A DNA stretch of 64,000 nucleotides, taken from positions 10,506 through 74,505 of the forward strand of contig JBIOVM010000195.1 in NCBI GenBank assembly GCA_044867785.1. The letters are read 5' to 3'. Shown here one piece after another: positions 1-8,154 of the stretch; the first letter of the stretch is position 1, and each line of letters opens with the position of its first letter. The translations under genes and the position numbers were made by a program. This DNA comes from Candidatus Rokuibacteriota bacterium. Its GTDB lineage: Bacteria; Methylomirabilota; Methylomirabilia; Rokubacteriales; DASRDR01. The notes under the pieces are model-generated. The model saw nothing but the letters and a program-made list of their open reading frames with translations, was not told where the DNA came from and ran no database searches.

Positions 1-1
1 C

Positions 2-253
2 GGGGTCGTCCGGCTCTCGAGCTACGAGTGCGGGATGGACCAGCCCACCTACACCCCCGTGCAGCAGACCGTCGAGCGCTCCGGCACGCTGTTCTTCTCG
101 TTCCAGGACCTCGATGCCACGAAGCCGGCCGGGTCGATGAAGATCCGCGTGGAGACCATCGCGCACTACCTGGGGGGGCACGCCAGGGGGATCATCGAGC
201 GCAAGCGGTCCGCGATGCCGCCGGGCTGCCCGCTGCTCCCCGCGGTGGCGTAG
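2..253 (+). CDS. 3' end of a CDS whose start lies before the window; product unknown
   Basis: Open frame running in from position 1 with very high GC3 codon bias; ends TAG at 251-253. No family recognised. Confidence 0.4.
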   Translation, partial: GVVRLSSYECGMDQPTYTPVQQTVERSGTLFFSFQDLDATKPAGSMKIRVETIAHYLGGHARGIIERKRSAMPPGCPLLPAVA

Positions 254-340
254 CGAGGGCCCCTCCCCCGGGATCTCCGCGCGGCGACCGCCGAACGAAC
301 GTTGCGGGGGTGAGCCCCGCATCGCGCTATCCTCCCCCCA

Positions 341-1009
341 ATGGGACGGATCGAGCCGCCCGGCGGGATCGCGCGCGCCGCTCCAGCGGGCGGCTCTCGT
401 CCAGGGATCGGGTCCCCCGCTCCGCTCTTCGGGCTGCGCTCCGTCCAGGGAGACACCGTCGAGCTCGCCGCCTATCGCGGCCACGCGGACGTCGTGCTCT
501 GGTTCTCGCGGGGCTTCACTTGCCCGTTCTGCCGCGCCTACATGGACGGGATCGCCGTTGGCTACGGCGAGCTCCGCGCCGCGGGCGTCGAGGTGATCCA
601 GATCGCGCCGAACCTGCTCGAGAGCGCCCGGACCTTCTTCCGTGGTTCGGCGTCGCCGTTCCCCTTCGTCTGTGACCCCGACAAGCGGCTCTACGCCGTC
701 TACGGCCTCGGCGACCGCGGGGCTCTGGAAGCGACCCGGTCCGCCCTCGTGAGCTTCTCGCACGCCTTCACCCACGGCGATACCGGGCCACAGCTCCGGG
801 GGGCGTGGCTCGACGTGATGAACCGGAACTTCCTGCGCCGGCTCCATCATCACGCGATGACCGCGGTCGAGCAGGGCCTGTTCCTCGTGGACCGGCGGGG
901 CACGATCCGGCACATCACCGTGGTGGGCCCGCTCGACCGCGTGCCCACGGCCCAGGAGCTGAGCGAGCTGGTCGACACGCACTGCGGCCACGAGGCCCGC
1001 GTCACGTGA
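341..1009 (+). CDS. AhpC/TSA-family thiol peroxidase (peroxiredoxin/redoxin)
   Basis: Thioredoxin-fold motif WFSRGFTCPFC and a PAPLFGL...GDTVELAAY lead-in typical of peroxiredoxins. Start codon uncertain; the true start may be downstream of 341. Confidence 0.6.
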   Translation: MGRIEPPGGIARAAPAGGSRPGIGSPAPLFGLRSVQGDTVELAAYRGHADVVLWFSRGFTCPFCRAYMDGIAVGYGELRAAGVEVIQIAPNLLESARTFFRGSASPFPFVCDPDKRLYAVYGLGDRGALEATRSALVSFSHAFTHGDTGPQLRGAWLDVMNRNFLRRLHHHAMTAVEQGLFLVDRRGTIRHITVVGPLDRVPTAQELSELVDTHCGHEARVT

Positions 1010-2550
1010 CCCTGGCGGAGCGTCTCACCCGGCTCAGCGACGTGCTGGTGGCGCTGTCCGGATCGCCCGTCCCGACCCATCTCTTCCAAACGCTCGCCGA
1101 TCTCGGCCCCGCCGCCGTGCCCTGCGACTACCTCGCCGTCTGTCTGCCGAGCGCGGAGGGCGGCGGCTACCTCGTGCACTCGCTGGCCGCCCTGCCGCGG
1201 GACGTCGGCGGTGACGTGTGGCCGGCGGACGGCGGGCTGCCGGGCCGCGTGATGCGTACCGGCCAGGCGGTCGTGGTCGCGGACCTCGGCGCGCTCGGCG
1301 CCGACGCGACCAAGCTCGAGGAAGCCCTCGCGGACGCCGGGCTGCGCGCCGCCCTCGCGGCGGCGGTCCGACGAGGCGTGGAGGTGGCCGGGGCGGTCCT
1401 CTTCGCCAGCCGGTCCCCCGACGTCTACGGGCCCGACGACGTCCAGATCGCGGGACTCATCGCCTCGGGTCTCGGCTCCGCGCTGGAAAGCGCGCGGGTC
1501 TACCAGGCTCTGGCCGACGAGCGGAGCACGCTCGGCGCCGTCCTCGGAAGCACGTCGGACGCGGTGATCATGGTGAACCCGGACGGGATCGTCCTCCTGG
1601 CGAACCCGGCCGTGGGAACGATGCTGGGGCTCGACGCCGACGCCATCGTCGGAAGACCGTTGGCCGAGATCCCGGGCCACGAGCCGCTCCGTCGCCTGTT
1701 CGACGCGACCGGCTCCGGGACGGCCGAGGTGCCTCTGCCCGATCGCCGCGTCGCCCAGGCCAGCGTCGTCTCGGTGGCGACGCCGTACGGCGAGACCGTC
1801 GGCGTGGCCGCCGCCCTGCGCGACATCACTCTCCTCAAGAACCTCGAGCGGATGAAGAACGAGTTCGTGAGCACGGTCTCCCACGACCTCAAGAATCCGA
1901 TCTCGGTGATCGACGGGACCGCCCAGCTTCTCCTGATGTCGGGTCCGAAGGACGAGAAGAGCCGCGCTCGGTTCCAGCGCATCTCGGACGAGGCGCAGTA
2001 CATGGCCGCGCTCGTCGGCGACCTCCTCGACCTCGGGAAGATCGAGGCGGGCCTCGGCCCGCCCAAGGAGCCGCTGGACCTCGTGCCCCTGGTGGCCGAC
2101 GTCGTCCGCCGGATCCGGCTGGAGGCGGTCGCCAAGCAGATCACCGTCGAGACGGTGCTGCCGGCCGAAGCCTGGGTGCTGGGCGCGTCGGCGCGGCTCA
2201 CCCAGGTGCTCTTGAACCTGGCCGGCAACGCCGTCAAGTACACGCCGACCAACGGGCGCGTCACCGTGTCGGTCGTCACTTCACCGGAGGCCGGGGAATC
2301 GGACGCAGGATTGGTGACGATCCGCGTGGCCGATACGGGCATCGGCATCCGCGCCCACCATCTGCCGCACCTCTTCGACAAGTTCTACCGGGTCGAGGAT
2401 GGGTCCACCGCAGGCATCGCGGGAACCGGCCTGGGTCTCGCCATCGCCAAGAGCATCGTGGAGAGCCACGGCGGTCGTATCGGCGTCGAGAGTACCGAGG
2501 GCTCGGGGAGTGTCTTCTGGGTGGCGCTCCCGCGATTGCCCCGGGCCTGA
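1006..2550 (+). CDS. GAF/PAS sensor histidine kinase
   Basis: H-box [15 protein letters not shown] and HATPase_c motifs ([31 protein letters not shown]). GTG start at 1006 overlaps the peroxiredoxin stop by 4 nt. Confidence 0.8.
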   Translation: MTLAERLTRLSDVLVALSGSPVPTHLFQTLADLGPAAVPCDYLAVCLPSAEGGGYLVHSLAALPRDVGGDVWPADGGLPGRVMRTGQAVVVADLGALGADATKLEEALADAGLRAALAAAVRRGVEVAGAVLFASRSPDVYGPDDVQIAGLIASGLGSALESARVYQALADERSTLGAVLGSTSDAVIMVNPDGIVLLANPAVGTMLGLDADAIVGRPLAEIPGHEPLRRLFDATGSGTAEVPLPDRRVAQASVVSVATPYGETVGVAAALRDITLLKNLERMKNEFVSTVSHDLKNPISVIDGTAQLLLMSGPKDEKSRARFQRISDEAQYMAALVGDLLDLGKIEAGLGPPKEPLDLVPLVADVVRRIRLEAVAKQITVETVLPAEAWVLGASARLTQVLLNLAGNAVKYTPTNGRVTVSVVTSPEAGESDAGLVTIRVADTGIGIRAHHLPHLFDKFYRVEDGSTAGIAGTGLGLAIAKSIVESHGGRIGVESTEGSGSVFWVALPRLPRA

Positions 2551-2803
2551 GCCGGCGGCGCGCGGCTCACCGCGCTTGGAGAGCGCTCCGCGACGACCCG
2601 TCATCGCGCCGTCAAGTTGGCGTCCGTCGAGCCGCGGATCAGCGCTCGGCGCGCGCATCAGTCCTTCGGCGTCAGAGCGCGCGTCCGGGCACGGAGATTG
2701 CGGCACGCGAGAGCTGAAGCTCGGTCGACGGGGCCCCCTGGAGGGCCGGACCATGCTTGATGGACTCGCGGCGCACCCGAAACTCGGGCAACGGAGGGAC
2801 TCC

Positions 2804-3001
2804 ATGGGACTCGATCCGGTCTGCAAGATGGAAGTGAATCCGGCGTCGGCGGAGGCACAGTCGGAGTACCAGGGGCAGACGTTCTACTTCTGCTCGGCGG
2901 ACTGTAAGCGGAGGTTCGACGCGAACCCGGAGCGTTACGTCGACGAGACCGACCGCGCCCAGGGACGCGCCCACCGCGCGAGCCAGGCCGAGGGGCGCTA
3001 G
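2804..3001 (+). CDS. YHS-domain metal-binding protein
   Basis: DPVCKMEV...YQGQTFYFCSADCKRRFDANPERY is the canonical YHS/TRASH pattern. GGAGGG RBS lies 5 nt upstream of ATG 2804. Confidence 0.7.
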   Translation: MGLDPVCKMEVNPASAEAQSEYQGQTFYFCSADCKRRFDANPERYVDETDRAQGRAHRASQAEGR

Positions 3002-3026
3002 AGCCGCGCTCCCTGACGCGCAGGCG

Positions 3027-3416
3027 ATGACGACTGAATCCCGTCCGTCCCTTCCCCGACAAGGGGAAGCCGGAACGCCCGGGCAGGCCGGGCGTCCCGG
3101 CAACCGCGAGTCGGCGGAGCGGGGCGCCCTCGACGCCATGCGCGCGCAAGGCTTCACGGCCAGCTTCGTGGTCAAGGACGGCGCCCTCCGGCTGGCCGAC
3201 GGGGGCCGGGCGTTCCAGCCGTGCGAGGTGACGGTCCGGGAGTATCGGCGTTTCGAGGGCACCTCCGATCCCGACGACATGTCCATCGTCTATGCCATCG
3301 AGACCTCGGACGGCCTCAAGGGAACGCTGGCGGACGCCTATGGCGTCTACGCGAGCCCCGGGGTGACCGCCTTCATGGAGCAGGTCGAGATCGAGCGCGA
3401 CCAGGCAAAGCCCTGA
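3027..3416 (+). CDS. hypothetical protein
   Basis: ORF with strong GC3 bias and non-repetitive composition; no family recognised. Confidence 0.45.
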   Translation: MTTESRPSLPRQGEAGTPGQAGRPGNRESAERGALDAMRAQGFTASFVVKDGALRLADGGRAFQPCEVTVREYRRFEGTSDPDDMSIVYAIETSDGLKGTLADAYGVYASPGVTAFMEQVEIERDQAKP

Positions 3417-3461
3417 GAGGCCAAAGCTCTGAGAGGCCGCTTCGCCGCGCGGCCGCCCAGG

Positions 3462-3932
3462 TCAGCTCAAGGCGGCGCGGGCGGCCCTCAGGCGCTCCTT
3501 CTCGACCCGGTCGTGCTGGGATACGGCGCGCTCGATCAGGTGCGAAAGATCCAGCCCCCGTAGGCGGGCGTCGGCGCCGATGGCGCTCAGGGAATCCCAG
3601 AGCGCGCGCTTCCCCAGGATGCCGAGCGCCACGACCTCCAGCGCTTCCAGCACTCCGAGCTCGTCCGACAGCTCGCGCCCCAGCTTGAACCGACTCAGCT
3701 TGGCGCCCAGCCACGCCGTCGTTTCCTTCAGGGGGCTCGTTCCTCCCCCGACTCGCTCGATGAGCGTCTCGAGAATGGCGCGGTCCCGCTCCACCTCCAT
3801 CAGGATGTCCGCCGCGAACTGCCCGAGCGGCTGGCCCTCGTGCTCATCTCGCAGCCCGCGCAAGATCTCGACGGCAGCGGCCGACCCCGCCAGGTGATCC
3901 TGGAGATACACGGCCAGGGACGTGTTCGGCAT
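3462..3932 (-). CDS. hypothetical protein
   Basis: 156-aa ORF with balanced, helical-looking composition and good codon bias; no family recognised. Confidence 0.5.
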   Translation of the reverse strand: MPNTSLAVYLQDHLAGSAAAVEILRGLRDEHEGQPLGQFAADILMEVERDRAILETLIERVGGGTSPLKETTAWLGAKLSRFKLGRELSDELGVLEALEVVALGILGKRALWDSLSAIGADARLRGLDLSHLIERAVSQHDRVEKERLRAARAALS

Positions 3933-4061
3933 CTCAGCGCCTCCCGCGCCGGCCCGACGGCCGGACGCGCCGATCCGTGCTGGAGGAGGAGCAAGATGCC
4001 TGCCAGCAGCACGCCGGCAGCGCCCTCCCGCTGAAGGCGTGACCGATGCCGGACGCGAAGG

Positions 4062-5585
4062 TCAGCCGGACGCGGCGGCCTCGGCGGACGGAAGGGGCGC
4101 CACCACGACGCGGTTCTTCCCGGCGCGTTTGGCCGCGTACATCGCCGCGTCGGCCTCGCGGAAGAGGTTCTCCGCGTCGCGGGCGTGCAGCGGATAGGTG
4201 GCGACGCCGACGCTCGCCGTGACCCTCGACAGGTCGACGTCCTCGCCGTCGAGGCTCTGGCACGCCTCGATCGCCTTGCGCACCCACTCGGCGATCGGGT
4301 ACGCATGCTCGGCGTCCGTGTCCGGCAGCACGATGACGAACTCGTCGCCTCCGTACCGGGCGGCGACGTCGCCCGGCCGAGTCAGCCGGCTGATGATGCG
4401 GCCGACCTGCGCGATGGCGCGGGAGCCAGCCAGGTGACCGTAGCGGTCCACCACCGCCTTGAAGTGGTCGAGATCGAGAACGATGAGAGACACCGATCCG
4501 CTCCGCCTCAGGGCCTCGGCGAGGCCCCGGTGGAAGTGGCGAGTGTTGCCGAGGCCGGTGAGGTCGTCGGTGATCGACGCGAGATAGGCCTGGCGATAGA
4601 GGGACGCGTTCTCGATCGCGATCGCGGCATGGTCGGCGAGGACCTGGGCCAGGGACAGCTCGCCGTCGCTGAACGTCGAGCCGTCGACCTTGTTGAGGAT
4701 CTGGATGACGCCGCGCAGGGTGCCCTTGCTGACCATCGGCACGCAGATCATGGTCCGCGGCGTCAGGCCCGTCTGCTCGCCGACCGCGGAGAAGTGCCGC
4801 GGATCGCTCGCCACGTCGTCGAGGCGCACCGCCTCACGATTCCGGGCGACCCAGCCGGCGATCCCGCGGTCGGTGGGCAGCCGCATGCCGTCGATCATGC
4901 CCGGCTGTATGGTGCGCGACGCCCGGAACACCAGCTCCCGGCCGGCCGGGTCGACGAGGAGGAGCGACGCCGCCTCGCTGGGGGCGGCCGTCACGGCGCG
5001 CGCCAGGAGCGTCCGCATCGCCTCGGTGTCGCGCGAGAGGGCCTCCGGGTCGCAGCCCTCACCCGCCTCACGCGCGAGGCCTTCGAGGCTCGTCCGGTCC
5101 CGCTCGTCGAAGTCGCCGCCCTTGTACCGGTTGGCGACCTGCAGCACGCCGATGACGCGTCCGTCCCGGAAGAGCGGCACCGACAGGAGGTTGCGGGTCG
5201 TGAACTGCGTGATGCGGTCTATCTCCGGATAGAATCTCGGGTCGTGCTGCACGTCGTTGACGATGGCGCTCTCGCCGCGATGCGCCACCCAGCTGGCGAC
5301 ACTCGTCGAGGGTGGCACGCGCAGGCCGACGATCGCGTTCTCCCGGAGCGTCTCCGTCGCCGCGAACACGAGCTCGTCCCGTTCCGGATCGTAGAGCATC
5401 AGGGAGAGAGCCTCCGCCTGAGTGAGACTCTTCAGCCGGCCGAGCACGATACGCAGGATCTCGGGAAGCTCGAGGGTCGACGTGAGCGTCCGGATCAGCT
5501 CGATGACGGTCCGGGATTCGAGGAGCTCGTCGGCGGTCGTGCGCCGGCTCCCACCCCCCGGTCGCCTCGGATCAGAGGCGCTCAC
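4062..5585 (-). CDS. GAF-GAF-GGDEF diguanylate cyclase
   Basis: C-terminal GGDEF domain (RYGGDEFVIVLPD) preceded by two GAF-like regions. Confidence 0.85.
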   Translation of the reverse strand: MSASDPRRPGGGSRRTTADELLESRTVIELIRTLTSTLELPEILRIVLGRLKSLTQAEALSLMLYDPERDELVFAATETLRENAIVGLRVPPSTSVASWVAHRGESAIVNDVQHDPRFYPEIDRITQFTTRNLLSVPLFRDGRVIGVLQVANRYKGGDFDERDRTSLEGLAREAGEGCDPEALSRDTEAMRTLLARAVTAAPSEAASLLLVDPAGRELVFRASRTIQPGMIDGMRLPTDRGIAGWVARNREAVRLDDVASDPRHFSAVGEQTGLTPRTMICVPMVSKGTLRGVIQILNKVDGSTFSDGELSLAQVLADHAAIAIENASLYRQAYLASITDDLTGLGNTRHFHRGLAEALRRSGSVSLIVLDLDHFKAVVDRYGHLAGSRAIAQVGRIISRLTRPGDVAARYGGDEFVIVLPDTDAEHAYPIAEWVRKAIEACQSLDGEDVDLSRVTASVGVATYPLHARDAENLFREADAAMYAAKRAGKNRVVVAPLPSAEAAASG

Positions 5586-5850
5586 GGGCGGGATCCGCGC
5601 CGGGGCGGAGGGCTGGGCACGGCTTTAGCTGGGCGCTCGGCCTGTTCGGCATCGTGGCTGGTTTCCGGTAGCTCGGGAGCGGGTCCTGTCGCGCCGCGGC
5701 GGCGCCATCTGGATGGTGCCGGCCTCCTCCGAGGCGTGTCAAGACCGCGACGAAGAAGCCGCCGCGCTGGCCGGCACCGTGTGATGGGCGCCATCGTGGC
5801 TGACGGACGACAACCTGGCGACGTCATACCCGGACGCAACAACATTCCAA

Positions 5851-5873
5851 CGACACTGAGGCCGGACGACGTC
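5851..5873 (-). terminator. putative intrinsic terminator hairpin
   Basis: Perfect inverted repeat GAGGCCGGACG-ACG-TCCGGCCTC downstream of the minus-strand gene ending at 5918, followed on the minus strand by a moderately T-rich stretch. Confidence 0.4.
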
Positions 5874-5917
5874 CGGCCTCCGCCTGGGCTACCGGTCGGG
5901 AATGGTGACGGCTCTAA

Positions 5918-6424
5918 TTAGTTCGACACTCCGAGCTTCTCGCGGGTCTGAGAGTCCAGCCGCCCTGTTTCCGGGAGCTTCTGGTCCTTCTGGTAGGCGC
6001 GGAGCGCCGCCTGTGTCCGCGGCCCAATGATGCCGTCGATCGGACCCGGATCCATGCCCTTCTCCTGCAACGCCTTCTGCAGGCTCTTCACCTGATCGGC
6101 ATCAGCCTGCCCGTCGGTCGCCATGGGCTTGCTCGCGCTCGAGCCGGTGGTGCCGGAGCCCGTCTGGCCGGCGCCGGGCTGCATGCTGGGCATCGCCTTG
6201 CCGGGGGCGGTGCCGACCGACGGCGAGCCGGGCTGGGCCGTCGACGGAGCCGGCTGGGGATTGGTCGGTCCCGACGTCCCCGACCCCGATCCTGGCGACC
6301 CCGAGCCGGCGCCGGGGGCGGGGGTGGTGCTGCTCCCTGAGCCACTGGTCTGCGCAATCGCTGGCCCGACCAGCAGCGTCGTCATGCCGCCGAGCGCAAC
6401 GTACGTGAGCCATCGTGTCTTCAT
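5918..6424 (-). CDS. secreted low-complexity protein with C-terminal peptidoglycan-binding (PG_binding_1) domain
   Basis: N-terminal signal peptide, Gly/Ser/Pro/Thr-rich linker and a C-terminal GPIDGIIGPRTQAALRAYQ motif. GGAGGG RBS before ATG 6424. Confidence 0.75.
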   Translation of the reverse strand: MKTRWLTYVALGGMTTLLVGPAIAQTSGSGSSTTPAPGAGSGSPGSGSGTSGPTNPQPAPSTAQPGSPSVGTAPGKAMPSMQPGAGQTGSGTTGSSASKPMATDGQADADQVKSLQKALQEKGMDPGPIDGIIGPRTQAALRAYQKDQKLPETGRLDSQTREKLGVSN

Positions 6425-6460
6425 GTGATCCCTCCTCGCGGGCTGACCTCACCCAGCTGA

Positions 6461-6478
6461 GGAGCAAGGCATGTGCCA
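6461..6478 (-). promoter_or_regulatory. putative sigma-54 (-24/-12) promoter for the gene 5918..6424
   Basis: Minus strand reads TGGCAC-ATGCC-TTGC, matching the RpoN consensus TGGCAC-N5-TTGC. It sits about 40 nt upstream of the start codon. Confidence 0.55.
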
Positions 6479-6597
6479 CTGGGCCTCGATGCGCCGCGAA
6501 CGCAGCGCTCAGTGCGGCGGCGGGGATGCTCCAACGAAGGCGAGGCCGGTCGCGCGCGCGGCCGGCCTCGGAGTCGGGGACGGTATGCGAGACGCTG

Positions 6598-7083
6598 CTA
6601 TGGCGACATGCCCAGCTTCTCGCGCGTCTGGGAGTCCAGCCGCCCCGTCACGGGCACTCTCTGGCGCTCCTGGAACGCGCGGAGCGCCGCCTGGGTCTCG
6701 GGGCTCACGATCCCGTCGACCGGCCCCGGGTGCACGCCTCTGTCCTTCAACGCCTGCTGGAGATTCCGGACTTGCTGCGCGTCAGTCAGACCCACCGAAT
6801 CCGGGCTCGCGCCGCGGGGGCCCAACGGATCCGCGGGCCGCTGCGGAGTTCCGGGCACGCCCTGACTGGGGGCGGTCTCCACCGAGGTCGTGCCGGACGG
6901 GGTGGAGCCGGGCCTGTTCGCGGAGGGCGGTCTCGGCGTGGTCGGCGCGGGGCTCGCCGCTCCGGATCCGGCCGCGGGCGCGGGGGAGCTGCCACTTCCC
7001 GTGCCCGTCGGCTGCGCGACGGCCGGCCCGATCAACAGGACCGTCATGCCGCCGAGCACGCATGTGAAACGTCTTACGTTCAT
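6598..7083 (-). CDS. paralogous secreted low-complexity protein with PG_binding_1 domain
   Basis: Same architecture as 5918..6424 (signal peptide, low-complexity linker, VDGIVSPETQAALRAFQ). Start ATG 7083 has a GGAGGG RBS; the longer ORF in the track is an upstream extension. Confidence 0.75.
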   Translation of the reverse strand: MNVRRFTCVLGGMTVLLIGPAVAQPTGTGSGSSPAPAAGSGAASPAPTTPRPPSANRPGSTPSGTTSVETAPSQGVPGTPQRPADPLGPRGASPDSVGLTDAQQVRNLQQALKDRGVHPGPVDGIVSPETQAALRAFQERQRVPVTGRLDSQTREKLGMSP

Positions 7084-7117
7084 CGGTCCCTCCTCGTGAA
7101 ATGCCTCCCTGCCGTGC

Positions 7118-7135
7118 GGAGCAAGCCATGTGCCA
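7118..7135 (-). promoter_or_regulatory. putative sigma-54 (-24/-12) promoter for the gene 6598..7083
   Basis: Minus strand reads TGGCAC-ATGGC-TTGC. It is nearly identical to the element upstream of the paralog and has the same spacing to the RBS and ATG. Confidence 0.55.
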
Positions 7136-7211
7136 TCCGGCATTGCGATTGCTAGGTCGCGATAGTGCCCGGTGGTCGACAGTCGAGACGCCACGAGGAA
7201 AGGGGTCCCAC

Positions 7212-7931
7212 ATGGCTCGAAACGTCCCCCGCGCCAAAGCGGCCCGCCGGAAGGGTCAGGCTGCGCGGCCAAGCTCGCCGGCCCACCCACCCGCGCGCTC
7301 CACTCGCCGACTTGCCGCAACCTCAACCGGCGTGATCCAGGCCACGGGGTCGGCCGTCGGGAAGGCGCTCAGGAAGTCCACGGAGGCGGTGGCGGACGCC
7401 GGGTCCGGGCTGGTCAACACCGCGCGCGGAGTCCTCACCGCCGCGGCGACGAAACAGCACGACGCGGTCAGTGTGCTGAAGGCCCAGCACCGGCAGGTGG
7501 AGAGCCTGTTCGAGCGCGTGCAGTCCTCGAAGGCCTCACAGTCGCGCAAGGAGCTCCTGCGGGAGATCGCTCAGCTTCTCGCGGCCCATACCCGGATCGA
7601 GGAGGAGATCTTCTACCCCGCCGTGCGGAGTCTCGGCACGGACGAGCTGGAGACCTTGGTGGACGAGGCGCTCGAGGAGCACCACGTGGTGGACCTCGTG
7701 CTGGCCGAGCTGCCGCGAGTGCACCCCGGGGACGATCGCTTCGCAGCCAAGATGACCGTGCTGTCCGAGCTGGTCGAGCATCACGTGAAGGAAGAGGAGC
7801 GCGACATGTTCCGGCGCGCCCAGGCGCTCGGCACGGACCGCCTGAAGGAGCTCGGCGCCCGGCTCGAGCAGGCGGCGGCTCGCCACCTGGGCAAGGATCC
7901 CGAGCGATCCGGCGGTGCGCGCGCCAGCTAG
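7212..7931 (+). CDS. hemerythrin (HHE cation-binding) domain protein
   Basis: Repeated H..E/HH motifs (EIFYPAVR, EEHHVVD, VEHHVKEEERDMF). ATG 7212 has an AGGAAAGGGG RBS. Divergent from the sigma-54 paralog. Confidence 0.7.
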   Translation: MARNVPRAKAARRKGQAARPSSPAHPPARSTRRLAATSTGVIQATGSAVGKALRKSTEAVADAGSGLVNTARGVLTAAATKQHDAVSVLKAQHRQVESLFERVQSSKASQSRKELLREIAQLLAAHTRIEEEIFYPAVRSLGTDELETLVDEALEEHHVVDLVLAELPRVHPGDDRFAAKMTVLSELVEHHVKEEERDMFRRAQALGTDRLKELGARLEQAAARHLGKDPERSGGARAS

Positions 7932-8154
7932 CCCCGCTCGCTCCACGATCCACGACGACCGTCGAGGTGCGCCGGTGCGCAGGACGGTGCGGGCCCACCA
8001 CCCCGCCCGACGCCGCTCCTGGTGACCGGGCGGATCGGCGAGATCGACCCCGCGGGACGCTTCGTGCCCTAGCGCCGGAACCTATTCGACCGGGTCAGAC
8101 GTCTACCGCCGGCAAGACGGCGCCACGCGCCCGTCGCGGAGCCGCGTTCGTCTC

